A stretch of DNA of 64,000 nucleotides, taken from assembly GCA_964402975.1 (NCBI GenBank), contig CAYOEM010000004.1:8599-72598 (forward strand), in the 5' to 3' direction. Source of the DNA: an uncultured Polynucleobacter sp. GTDB lineage: Bacteria; Bdellovibrionota_B; Oligoflexia; Oligoflexales; RGVZ01. The notes under the pieces are model-generated. The model saw only the letters and a list, made by a program, of their open reading frames with translations, ran no database searches and was not told where the DNA came from. The translations under genes and the position numbers were made by a program. Shown here piece after piece: positions 10,372-18,861 of the stretch; the stretch's first letter is position 1, and the number at the start of each line of letters is the position of its first letter.

Positions 10372-10815
10372 TCAACCGACAAACTCAACGTCTCTCTCAT
10401 CAATTTCGTCAGCGAAACTTATTTTTAGCGCATGGGTTTTTTTAATGGATGGCGCGTCAGGCGTGCGTTCTGGCCACTCAACAATAAGTCCAACGAATTT
10501 GCGATGGGCGAGTAACGCCTCTACTGAATCGTCATCGCCTGCTGCAAGACGATAAAGATCCAAGTGGGCCACGAGACCAAACGGCGTTTCATATTCTGTC
10601 ATAAACGTGAACGTCGGGGATAGCACAGGAACGTTAAACGGCAAGCCCAGCGCGTGCAGAAGCTCTCCCGCAAAGGTGGTTTTACCGGCGCCAAGCTCTC
10701 CCTGAAGCCAGAGAACAAAATGCCCCTTAGATTTTAACGAATCTGCGACCTGACTGGCGAGGTTTGGCAAATTAGCTCGCTTTACCCGGCACTTTATTGC
10801 CTTAGTGTTTGCCAT
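10372..10815 (-). CDS. tsaE: tRNA t6A biosynthesis ATPase TsaE
   Basis: 147 aa. LQGELGAGKTTF P-loop and HLDLYRL motif. Confidence 0.85.
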   Translation of the reverse strand: MANTKAIKCRVKRANLPNLASQVADSLKSKGHFVLWLQGELGAGKTTFAGELLHALGLPFNVPVLSPTFTFMTEYETPFGLVAHLDLYRLAAGDDDSVEALLAHRKFVGLIVEWPERTPDAPSIKKTHALKISFADEIDERDVEFVG

Positions 10816-10837
10816 TCGTAGCCTCTGTGATGACGAG

Positions 10838-11596
10838 CTATACTCTCAATATGCGGGGATTATTCGCAGCGTCATTTAGTAGGGATTTCATATCCCTCAC
10901 GGCTCGCTCAAGCCCGTAAAAAAACGCGCGAGCGACAATAGCGTGGCCAATGTTTGCCTCCTCGGCAAATGCGACTAATTGAAGCCATGACGCATTCGAA
11001 TAATTAAGGCCATGGCCGAAGTGACACTGAAATCCAGCGCGATGCGCCAGTTTGCTGACCTCGGCCAGGTCATCAACTAGACTTATCTTGTCTTGACTTG
11101 TGACAGATTTGTCTATTTGTTTACAGAAGTTGCCCGTATGAAATTCGAGGGCGACCGCGCCGGTTTCACGGGCTTGCTCAACGGCCTCTGCCGTCGGCTC
11201 GACAAACAAAGACACCGCCATGCCGCTGTCCTGAAGCATGCTAACCGCAGATTTCAGTGTACTTTTATTTCTTTTGATGTCCAACCCACCCTCGGTTGTT
11301 CGCTCCTCTCGTTTCTCTGGCACAAGCGTTACAGCATGAGGTTTTACTTTTTTGGCGATGTCTAGCATTTCAGGCGTTGCGGCTATCTCAAAATTCAGAG
11401 GAATTTTTATAGAATCTTTCAGCGCAAAAACATCTCGGTCTTGGATGTGTCGGCGGTCTTCGCGAAGATGGCAGGTGATGTTGTCTGCACCTCCTAATTC
11501 GGCTAGAATCGCCGCTTGAACCGGGTCTGGATATTTTTCGCCCCTGGCCTGTCTGACCGTGGCTATATGGTCGATGTTAACACCCAATCTAATCAT
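10838..11596 (-). CDS. pdxJ: Pyridoxine 5'-phosphate synthase
   Basis: 252 aa. LGVNIDHIATVRQARG, HLREDRRHI and EFHTG motifs. Confidence 0.9.
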   Translation of the reverse strand: MIRLGVNIDHIATVRQARGEKYPDPVQAAILAELGGADNITCHLREDRRHIQDRDVFALKDSIKIPLNFEIAATPEMLDIAKKVKPHAVTLVPEKREERTTEGGLDIKRNKSTLKSAVSMLQDSGMAVSLFVEPTAEAVEQARETGAVALEFHTGNFCKQIDKSVTSQDKISLVDDLAEVSKLAHRAGFQCHFGHGLNYSNASWLQLVAFAEEANIGHAIVARAFFYGLERAVRDMKSLLNDAANNPRILRV

Positions 11597-12969
11597 TTAT
11601 CTTTTACCTTCTCGACAGCCTTTTCAATCGACCTTGTTAATTCATGGGATAACTCGTGTGCCATGGCTTCAATCTCATCGCGATTTTCGCCTTCAACCAT
11701 GACTCTTGCTAAACTCTCTGTGCCAGAGTAACGAACTAGTACTCGGCCTTTACCGTCCAGTTTTTTTTCTGATTTTTGAAGCAATTTTTGAAAATCTTTC
11801 AAGCTGTCTAATGGAACTTTTGATTTAACTTTTACATTTATAACTAATTGAGGAAGGCGCTCCATCGTCTGCCTGAGTTCGGAGGCTTTGCAACCCTCTT
11901 CGGCCATGATTTCAAGAAATTTAAGGCCTGCAAGGATGCCATCTCCGGTAGTTGATGAGTCGCGAAAAATCAGATGCCCGGACTGCTCGCCCCCCAGCAT
12001 GTGATCACCTTTCCTCATGGCTTCCATGACGTATCGGTCACCAACCTTAGAGCGTATGAGCGTTCCGCCCGCGCGCGCCAAAGCGACGTCTAGACCCATA
12101 TTACTCATAACGGTTGAAACAACTGTCTTGTTGCGCAGCGCGTTTTTCTTCAACAAGTACACGCCACAGGCGGCAAGCATCTCATCCCCATCGATTAACT
12201 CGCCCTTTTCATCAACTGCAACAATGCGGTCGGCATCACCATCCAAAGCGATTCCAAGGTCCGCCTTGTAGAGGAGAACCTTCTCTCGCAAACTCTGTGG
12301 AAAGAGGGCGCCGCAATGCTCGTTTATATTAATACCATTTGGCTCATCGCCAATAACAAAGATCTCCGCGCCGAGCTCAGAAAAAACCTTGGGGGCAACC
12401 TTGTAGCCAGCCCCATTCGCACAGTCGAGAACAACGCGAAGCCCGTCTAGCTTGAGATGCTTCGGAAACTGCTCTTTTAAAAAAACCGCATACTGGCCGA
12501 TCGCATCTTCAATTCTCCGTGCGCGGCCGATCGCCGTTCCCGTTGGCGCATTCTCCGCTAAAGCCGGATCTTGAACAAGCCTCTCCAGCTCATCTTCGAC
12601 ATCGTCCGGAAGCTTATAGCCATCAGATGAAAATATCTTGATCCCATTATCATGGAAGGGATTGTGGGACGCCGAGATGACGATGCCGGCGCTTGCCCGC
12701 ATGCCGCGAGTCAGGTAAGCGATTCCAGGAGTCGGTAGTGGGCCCAGGAAAAAGGCGTCCACTCCAACGCTACAAATACCTGAGCACAGTGCCTGCTCGA
12801 GCATATATCCAGATCGGCGAGTGTCTTTACCGATCATAATTCTAGCTTTGCTATGCCGGGTTCCAAAGTACATGCCGATAGCTTGTCCGAGGCGTAGCAC
12901 CATGTCTGGTGACATGGGATAAACGTTGGCGAGACCGCGAACTCCATCTGTACCAAACAACCTAGTCAC
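11593..12969 (-). CDS. glmM: Phosphoglucosamine mutase
   Basis: 458 aa. LFGTDGVRG, active-site ISASHNPFHDNGIK, and DGDADR. 4-nt overlap with pdxJ. Confidence 0.95.
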   Translation of the reverse strand: MTRLFGTDGVRGLANVYPMSPDMVLRLGQAIGMYFGTRHSKARIMIGKDTRRSGYMLEQALCSGICSVGVDAFFLGPLPTPGIAYLTRGMRASAGIVISASHNPFHDNGIKIFSSDGYKLPDDVEDELERLVQDPALAENAPTGTAIGRARRIEDAIGQYAVFLKEQFPKHLKLDGLRVVLDCANGAGYKVAPKVFSELGAEIFVIGDEPNGININEHCGALFPQSLREKVLLYKADLGIALDGDADRIVAVDEKGELIDGDEMLAACGVYLLKKNALRNKTVVSTVMSNMGLDVALARAGGTLIRSKVGDRYVMEAMRKGDHMLGGEQSGHLIFRDSSTTGDGILAGLKFLEIMAEEGCKASELRQTMERLPQLVINVKVKSKVPLDSLKDFQKLLQKSEKKLDGKGRVLVRYSGTESLARVMVEGENRDEIEAMAHELSHELTRSIEKAVEKVKDK

Positions 12970-13035
12970 TCTAGCCTCCTTCGACCGTCCAGTAACCCAT
13001 AAAAAAGCCTAGTACCACAAACCTAATCAGCACTT

Positions 13036-14760
13036 CTAGGGGATTATCTCTCCCCGAGTCATCAAAAAACGCTCCGCATCTGGCCTAATTGACTCCGCGC
13101 CATTGACCCGCAAACGCTCGATGACGTCGGTCAAATAGTGTGCCCCAACCAGGCGCGGCATATAGACATAACTCGCCCCACCGCTGTACATCTCGCGAGC
13201 CATGCTAATGTTGTCTGCCATTACAATAATTCCGGAATCCGGGGCGAGGTTTTTCAGAGTTTTAAGCATCTTTAAATTAGTCGTCCCCTTCAATGTTCTA
13301 TCCGGTAGCGCGCAGATAATGAGTTTGGCGCGAGCAAGATTTAATTGGCGAAGAGTGTCGATATTGCCGATGTCTCCATACCGCGCCTCAATTCCCAATT
13401 CCTTTAGTTTTTTATGCGCTTCTGGGTTGAGGTCAACCACCATCATCTTTTCGACAAAATCTTTTGGAAGCCTGCTCTGCATTTCGTGTAGAAGGGAGCT
13501 TGCTTCACGATGAAAGCCCAGCATCACAAGTGACTTCGGGGCTGCCGCGGCGGCTTGATCGCCACGAGCCGTATCGGTGAACTGATCTTTAAATCCTATT
13601 TGTTCGAGCACCCAGTTGAATCTCTTGTAGATATCATGGGCCGACGGGATCAGATAAGACGAGATCAAAACTGTTATGGCTAACGCAAAGATGAAAGATG
13701 AAAGCATTTCTTGATTGATGTGCTTATATGTAACGCCTAAAGAAGCCAACACAAGTGACAGCTCGGAAAGCTGGCTCAAGTTTATGGCGGGCAGGAGGCT
13801 TGCGCGATTACCATGTCCAAGGCGATAAAGGATCGGAAAGACCGTTATAAGTCGACTAAAAAGCACAAAAACAACTATCAAGCCAGACAGCCTTAAAACG
13901 TCTGGGCTTGGTTGTGGAATTTGAAGGCCGAGGCTGACAAAAAAAAGCGTAATAAAAAAGTCTCTCAAGCTTGAGATTTTAGCGATGACCTCGAAATGAT
14001 ACGGGAAAGACGCGATCGAAATCCCCGCAATCAACGCGCCCATTTCAATCGACAATTTTAGGTAATCCGCAAGCCCGCACATAGCAAAGCACCATGTCAT
14101 CGCCAAAATTAAAAGTAATTCCGGTTGCTTTCCGGCCTTTCGGAATATCCAGGGTAGCGCATAACGGGCGAGTCCAAGGCTTACTACAACTAATCCACAT
14201 ACTTTTGCAAAAGATAAGCCGATGGCCTGCGCATTGATTTGCTCAAGACTTGGCTGAATTGCTAAAAATCCGATTGCAAAAAGGTCTTGCATGACCAAAA
14301 CGCCAATAGTGATCCTCGAAGGCAGGGAGTCCAAATCCATCTTGTCGGAAAGAATTTTCACTACAATCAAAGTCGATGAAAGGGCGCCTGCGGCAGTCAG
14401 ATAAATCAGCTCATATTCTGAAAGGCCTTCCCCAAACACAGAAAAAAACACATAGCCAAGACCCACACAGCCAACAATTTGAACCAGTCCACTTAGAATG
14501 ACGGCTCGCCCAATTTGGAATAATTTTTTAACATCGATCTCGAGCCCCAAAATGAACATCAAGAGTACGAGACCAACTTCGGACAGACTCCAGATACTGG
14601 CGGGATTTTGAATGAGCCCAAGCCCCAAATGTGGTCCAATGAGCACGCCGGCCAGAAAATATGCCAGCATCAAGGGGATCCCCAAGAAATAGGCCGGCAA
14701 ACCGATAACCCCGGCTGCGATGATGGCCTTACTAATGTCGACCAGCAGATGAAGCTGCAT
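13036..14760 (-). CDS. Cation:proton antiporter (CPA2/Kef-type) with a C-terminal RCK/TrkA-N-like domain
   Basis: 574 aa. About 12 predicted TM helices followed by a soluble Rossmann-like tail (LVMLGFH...VVDLNPE...GDIGNIDTL). Confidence 0.8.
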   Translation of the reverse strand: MQLHLLVDISKAIIAAGVIGLPAYFLGIPLMLAYFLAGVLIGPHLGLGLIQNPASIWSLSEVGLVLLMFILGLEIDVKKLFQIGRAVILSGLVQIVGCVGLGYVFFSVFGEGLSEYELIYLTAAGALSSTLIVVKILSDKMDLDSLPSRITIGVLVMQDLFAIGFLAIQPSLEQINAQAIGLSFAKVCGLVVVSLGLARYALPWIFRKAGKQPELLLILAMTWCFAMCGLADYLKLSIEMGALIAGISIASFPYHFEVIAKISSLRDFFITLFFVSLGLQIPQPSPDVLRLSGLIVVFVLFSRLITVFPILYRLGHGNRASLLPAINLSQLSELSLVLASLGVTYKHINQEMLSSFIFALAITVLISSYLIPSAHDIYKRFNWVLEQIGFKDQFTDTARGDQAAAAAPKSLVMLGFHREASSLLHEMQSRLPKDFVEKMMVVDLNPEAHKKLKELGIEARYGDIGNIDTLRQLNLARAKLIICALPDRTLKGTTNLKMLKTLKNLAPDSGIIVMADNISMAREMYSGGASYVYMPRLVGAHYLTDVIERLRVNGAESIRPDAERFLMTRGEIIP

Positions 14761-14838
14761 GGCGGCGCGTCCTTCCCTAGAATGGCTGTGAAGTCACACC
14801 AATATTAGACGGGTAAGATTTGGATTTGTAAAGGATAA

Positions 14839-14915
14839 TGGCGCACCCGGAAGGATTCGAACCTCCGACCCCCAGATTCGTAGTCTGGTATTCTATCCAA
14901 CTGAACTACGGGTGC
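14839..14915 (-). tRNA. tRNA-Arg (anticodon ACG), CCA encoded
   Basis: The reverse complement folds as a cloverleaf: acceptor GCACCCG, anticodon arm CCAGA-CTACGAA-TCTGG, T-loop GGTTCGAATCC, 3' CCA. Confidence 0.9.
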
Positions 14916-15022
14916 GAATAGGCTAGGCAGGGGGCTATATACAAACCCACAGGTATGTTTGCAACCATATTTTCCGGTTTGCATTGATTAAGCCGGATTT
15001 TAGACCAACTTAGGTGATTTTG

Positions 15023-15112
15023 TGGCGGAAAGGGGGGGATTCGAACCCCCGATACAGTTTCCCGTATGCGTCCTTAGCAAGGACGTGCCTTCAGCCACTC
15101 GGCCACCTTTCC
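15023..15112 (-). tRNA. tRNA-Ser (anticodon GCT), long variable arm, CCA encoded
   Basis: The reverse complement is GGAAAGGTGGCCGAGTGG...CGTCC-TTGCTAA-GGACG...GGTTCGAATCCCCCCTTTCCGCCA. Confidence 0.9.
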
Positions 15113-15200
15113 CCATTCAAACTCATCCCGGCGGCTTGCTACCGTGATGCTGACATCAAACAACACACCCATTAAAGATCAGCCCTTACAAAAGTAAGAG

Positions 15201-15288
15201 CGGAGAGAGAGGGATTCGAACCCCCGGTGGGGTGCAACCCCACAACGGTTTTCAAGACCGCCGCCTTAAACCACTCGGCCATCTCTCC
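15201..15288 (-). tRNA. tRNA-Ser (anticodon TGA), long variable arm, no encoded CCA
   Basis: The reverse complement is GGAGAGATGGCCGAGTGG...GCGGT-CTTGAAA-ACCGT...GGTTCGAATCCCTCTCTCTCCG. The 3' flank is CTC rather than CCA. Confidence 0.85.
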
Positions 15289-15380
15289 AGTGACGCAATG
15301 TTGCGCTGCCTGCCAGGGGGCCAACTATACATAGGTTTAATGGCACCCTCAAGCAAAACTAGGGGCTTCAAAACCCAATA

Positions 15381-16304
15381 TTATGCGCCTCGATGGGCCT
15401 CCAGGGCCGCGATTCTATCGTCTAGATCTGGGTGAGTCGATAATAGGGATACGATCGACGACCGGCGTGATGAAATCTTAAAAGCAGCCACCGCCGCCTC
15501 CGATTCGGACTCCTCCCGTGGGTCGAAATCTGAATTTTTGACCGATCTCAATGCCTTCAGAGCCGCAATCATATTACCTCGACCAGCAAGGTCAGCACCT
15601 CCACGGTCAGCTCGGAACTCGCGCCAACGACTGAACGCGGCAACAGCGATCATGCCGAGGAAGCTAAGAAACATCTCCAAAACAAATGTAACGATGCCCT
15701 GCACCATATAATTCGGCCGATCATCATTGTTGGAGCGCATCGCGTTAGCAGCCGCATAACCAATGACCCTTGCAAAGAACATCACAAATGCATTTATGAC
15801 GCCTTGAATAAGAGTCATCGTCACCATGTCTCCATTTGCAATGTGAGCTACTTCGTGACCGATAACACCTGAAACTTCTGATCGGTCCATACGACTCAGT
15901 AGTCCCGTAGAAACCGCCACTAGAGATCTGGACCTAGTCGGGCCCGTAGCAAAAGCGTTGAGATCTGCGCTCGCGTAAATACCAACTTCAGGTTTTGTGG
16001 TAAGGCCCGCTCGCTCAGATAGCTGATGGACCATCATCACAAGATCTCTCAATTTAGGGTCTGTGGTAGTCGGGTCGATCACTTTTACGCCCATCATCCA
16101 CTTCACCATCACCCGCGACAAAGCGAGCGATATGAATGCTCCACCAAAGCCCCAAAGCAAGCAAAAGACGGCCAATTGCGAATAATCCAGCCCGTACGCT
16201 GTCATGTAACCAGTCAGCCCAAAGCTGTAAGTGATCGTGGTAATTGTCGCCACAACCAGGACGTTAACGAGCATAAATAAAATTATTCTTTTAAACCAAG
16301 TCAC
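15381..16304 (-). CDS. htpX: Zinc metalloprotease HtpX (peptidase M48)
   Basis: 307 aa. TM helices plus HEVAHIANGD (HExxH) and a C-terminal STHPDLDDRIAAL. Confidence 0.85.
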   Translation of the reverse strand: MTWFKRIILFMLVNVLVVATITTITYSFGLTGYMTAYGLDYSQLAVFCLLWGFGGAFISLALSRVMVKWMMGVKVIDPTTTDPKLRDLVMMVHQLSERAGLTTKPEVGIYASADLNAFATGPTRSRSLVAVSTGLLSRMDRSEVSGVIGHEVAHIANGDMVTMTLIQGVINAFVMFFARVIGYAAANAMRSNNDDRPNYMVQGIVTFVLEMFLSFLGMIAVAAFSRWREFRADRGGADLAGRGNMIAALKALRSVKNSDFDPREESESEAAVAAFKISSRRSSIVSLLSTHPDLDDRIAALEAHRGA

Positions 16305-16430
16305 CTTAAACCCCCTGTAAACTGCCTTAGGCTTAGCCCAAAAACAGCATTATACAAATACTGTGGCCAATGTAAGTTCGCAGGCACTTCTGTCAAGCCC
16401 GGCCTCCTCAGAATCACGAACATCATAAAC

Positions 16431-17420
16431 TCAGCGAATAAGAAGCTCTTTAACAACCTCACGCTCAGCAAGAAGCTCCTGGGTTGTCTCGTCGATTTTC
16501 TTTTTCGCATAATCCGAAATTTTTAAGTCCTTGACGATTTCGTATTTGCCGTTGCCTTGCGATCTGCATGGGAACGAGAATATCAAGCCGGCGGGCACGC
16601 CGTAGGAGTTTCCATCACTCGGCACAGCACATGAGAAATACTTACCTGCCGGAGTCGGATGCATCAGTCGCCACATATGGTCGATACAAGCCGATGCGGC
16701 CGAAGCTGCCGATGACTTGCCACGAGCCGCGATAATAGCCGCTCCCCGTTGCTGTACGGTTTTCATGAAGTCCGTCTCTAACCAAGAACGCTCTTTAACT
16801 ACGTCTGTGATTTTTTTGCCGGCGATCGTCCCGTTCTCAAAATCTGGAAACATGGTGGAACTATGATTTCCCCAGATAGCGATATTGACATCTCCAACGT
16901 TGCATCCCGCTTTTTTTGCCAATTGAGCCTTTGCGCGGTTTTCGTCCAACATCGTCATGGCGCTAAAATGTGTGGCGGGAACGTCGCGACAGTTATGTTG
17001 CGCGATTAATGCGTTGGTGTTGCAGGGATTTCCGACAGTGACGATTCGAACGTCCTTGGCCGCTCGGGACAAGGCCTTACCCTGAGATACGAAGATCGGC
17101 CCGTTGTCGCGGATCAAATCATTGCGCTCCATTCCGGGGCCGCGCGGTTTTGACCCGACAAATAAGGCCCAATTGATTCCGTCAAAAGCTGTTTCTGCCG
17201 AGTCAGAGATGTTGATCTTTCCAAGTGTTGGAAATCCGCAGTCTTCAAGCTCCATAGCAGTTCCCTCGGCAGCCTTAATTGCTGCGGGCAACTCCAAAAG
17301 GCTCAGATGGACAGACGTCTCGCGTCCAAACACCTCGCCTGAGGCGAGCCTGAAAAGCAAACTATAACCAATCTGACCCGCCGCTCCCGTCACCGCTACT
17401 TTCACCACTCGCTCTGCCAT
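16431..17420 (-). CDS. mdh: Malate dehydrogenase (LDH-like type 2 MDH)
   Basis: 329 aa. VAVTGAAGQIGYSLLFRLASG dinucleotide-binding motif, GNPCNTNA, WGNHS. Confidence 0.9.
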   Translation of the reverse strand: MAERVVKVAVTGAAGQIGYSLLFRLASGEVFGRETSVHLSLLELPAAIKAAEGTAMELEDCGFPTLGKINISDSAETAFDGINWALFVGSKPRGPGMERNDLIRDNGPIFVSQGKALSRAAKDVRIVTVGNPCNTNALIAQHNCRDVPATHFSAMTMLDENRAKAQLAKKAGCNVGDVNIAIWGNHSSTMFPDFENGTIAGKKITDVVKERSWLETDFMKTVQQRGAAIIAARGKSSAASAASACIDHMWRLMHPTPAGKYFSCAVPSDGNSYGVPAGLIFSFPCRSQGNGKYEIVKDLKISDYAKKKIDETTQELLAEREVVKELLIR

Positions 17421-17496
17421 AGATACAGCCTCCTAAGTCTTCAATGGTCGAAATGAATCGACACTTTTTAAATTCTGTCATCAGTTAAGGATAAAA

Positions 17497-18249
17497 CTAG
17501 TCTTTCTTGCCATCCAGCGTATCGTTGATCCTGGACACGCTGCTGTAGACTAACTCAAGATGCGGCGTTTTGCTACGATCGCCGAGATCGTCACGATTGA
17601 TATCCCAGTATTCTGGCGAGGGCGTCCATGACCTGGCCTTAGACCAGTGAACTTGAACCCCGTCTTCATCAAAAAACAAAACCCTAGCCTTCCTTGTATT
17701 TAACAGACGCTCTCGACAATAAACACAGGCGGCCACCTCTTCTGTATGGCCATCCACTTTAACTCGCACCTTGCCAAAAAGAGCGGCGTCGAAGGGCCTT
17801 GAGCAAAAATGGCATCCTATAACCGCTTGAGCCATGACGGGCGCAAGCTTCATGAAGTCATGGGGCATGCCTCGCAGGCCGTTAGCCATGGCTGTCTCAA
17901 TTTTAAGAAGTCTGGCATGGATGTCTTTGGTTAAAAAAAGTGAGGCTGACAAACTATCCGCATCCTCGCCAAATGTGCGCAGATTTTTTACGGCCGTCAG
18001 GAGGGTTTCAATCATGCGAAGGGCGGCGTGGTAGTGATCGAGCAAAGCAATGTCCCGTGTCTGATTAGCCAAGGATTGCATGCTATTAGCATGGACCACG
18101 AGCGCCTCAATTTCTTCTATAAGATGATGAAAGGTGTCGCGATACTTGTTGGCGCGGAAAAAGCTGCTTTTTTCCTGAACAGCACTTAACGCCCAAATCA
18201 TTAAGGCGCAGCCCGTGGCAAAAATAGCGATCAAAACAGATTCAAACAT
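17497..18249 (-). CDS. Hypothetical membrane-anchored protein with a helical region and a CxxC...CxxC zinc-ribbon-like element
   Basis: 250 aa. A single N-terminal TM helix (VLIAIFATGCALMIWALSAV) is followed by K/R residues, so the rest is probably cytoplasmic. Cys pairs GCHFCSRPF ... AACVYCRERL. I recognise no family. Confidence 0.6.
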   Translation of the reverse strand: MFESVLIAIFATGCALMIWALSAVQEKSSFFRANKYRDTFHHLIEEIEALVVHANSMQSLANQTRDIALLDHYHAALRMIETLLTAVKNLRTFGEDADSLSASLFLTKDIHARLLKIETAMANGLRGMPHDFMKLAPVMAQAVIGCHFCSRPFDAALFGKVRVKVDGHTEEVAACVYCRERLLNTRKARVLFFDEDGVQVHWSKARSWTPSPEYWDINRDDLGDRSKTPHLELVYSSVSRINDTLDGKKD

Positions 18250-18541
18250 CCTTAACCCTTTGGGGAAAAGCGTCTCTATGAAAATATCGCACTCAGTCCA
18301 GCCACCCCCACCACTAACCGTAGGCCCACTCCAGTGGCTCTAGAGCCTGTGGAAATCCTGTGAGAATAGGGGCTCCCTTCTACTAGACTAGCACGGGCCG
18401 CGCCACGACAACACCCTGAAATCTAAAGTCTTTTTTGGATTACACTCAATTTGCTACATAAACTCCCGATATAACCGCGGACTACGGCGACTCCCGCCGA
18501 AGGGTATGGGACGGGGCTGGACAGCTCGAAGGGAATCGGTC

Positions 18542-18727
18542 ATGAATATGTATGAAAATAAACGCATAGCCTTCGCGATTATCGAGCGAAAATATAAAGA
18601 GTATCTTAATTTGTATAAAATGGTTAATAACGGAAGCATAAAGGGCGCTACAAACTTTGAAGATTTCTATTGGAATCAGACCTACTACTCGAAATATCCC
18701 TCGTATCCCGATGGTCGTGGTCAGTAA
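18542..18727 (+). CDS. Possible small Tyr-rich protein (61 aa), speculative
   Basis: ATG at 18542 is preceded by GAAGGGA about 8 nt upstream. The product MNMYENKRIAFAIIERKYKEYLNLYKMVNNGSIKGATNFEDFYWNQTYYSKYPSYPDGRGQ has 9 Tyr. The local sequence is visibly AT-richer than the flanks. No homology recognised. Confidence 0.2.
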   Translation: MNMYENKRIAFAIIERKYKEYLNLYKMVNNGSIKGATNFEDFYWNQTYYSKYPSYPDGRGQ

Positions 18728-18861
18728 TCGAGCACGTCTTTACTTGACCGTAACCCTCAAATAACACTATTCTCAGCCCTGCTTATTCGGTTTTTGTCAA
18801 ATCCCTCGACGAGCCCAACACTCGGTCGATAACGATCTGACAGGTTTTATTTTTTGGGCAG

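Noticed and set aside
15232-15435. 67-aa plus-strand ORF
   Set aside because: It overlaps tRNA-Ser(TGA) on the opposite strand and the 3' end of htpX, so it is an artefact of the tRNA sequence.
18513-18540. tmRNA-like 5' end (GGGGCTGGACAGCTCGAAGGGA resembles GGGGCTGA..TTCGACGGGA)
   Set aside because: There is no downstream tRNA-like 3' half (no GGTTCGAATCC T-arm or ACCA end within about 600 nt) and no tag-peptide reading frame ending in an Ala-rich tail plus stop. The resemblance is probably chance.
18454-18639. 61-aa minus-strand ORF in the long 18.25-18.86 kb gap
   Set aside because: No RBS. The product is basic and low-complexity, and it overlaps the slightly more plausible plus-strand mini-ORF. 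No support.
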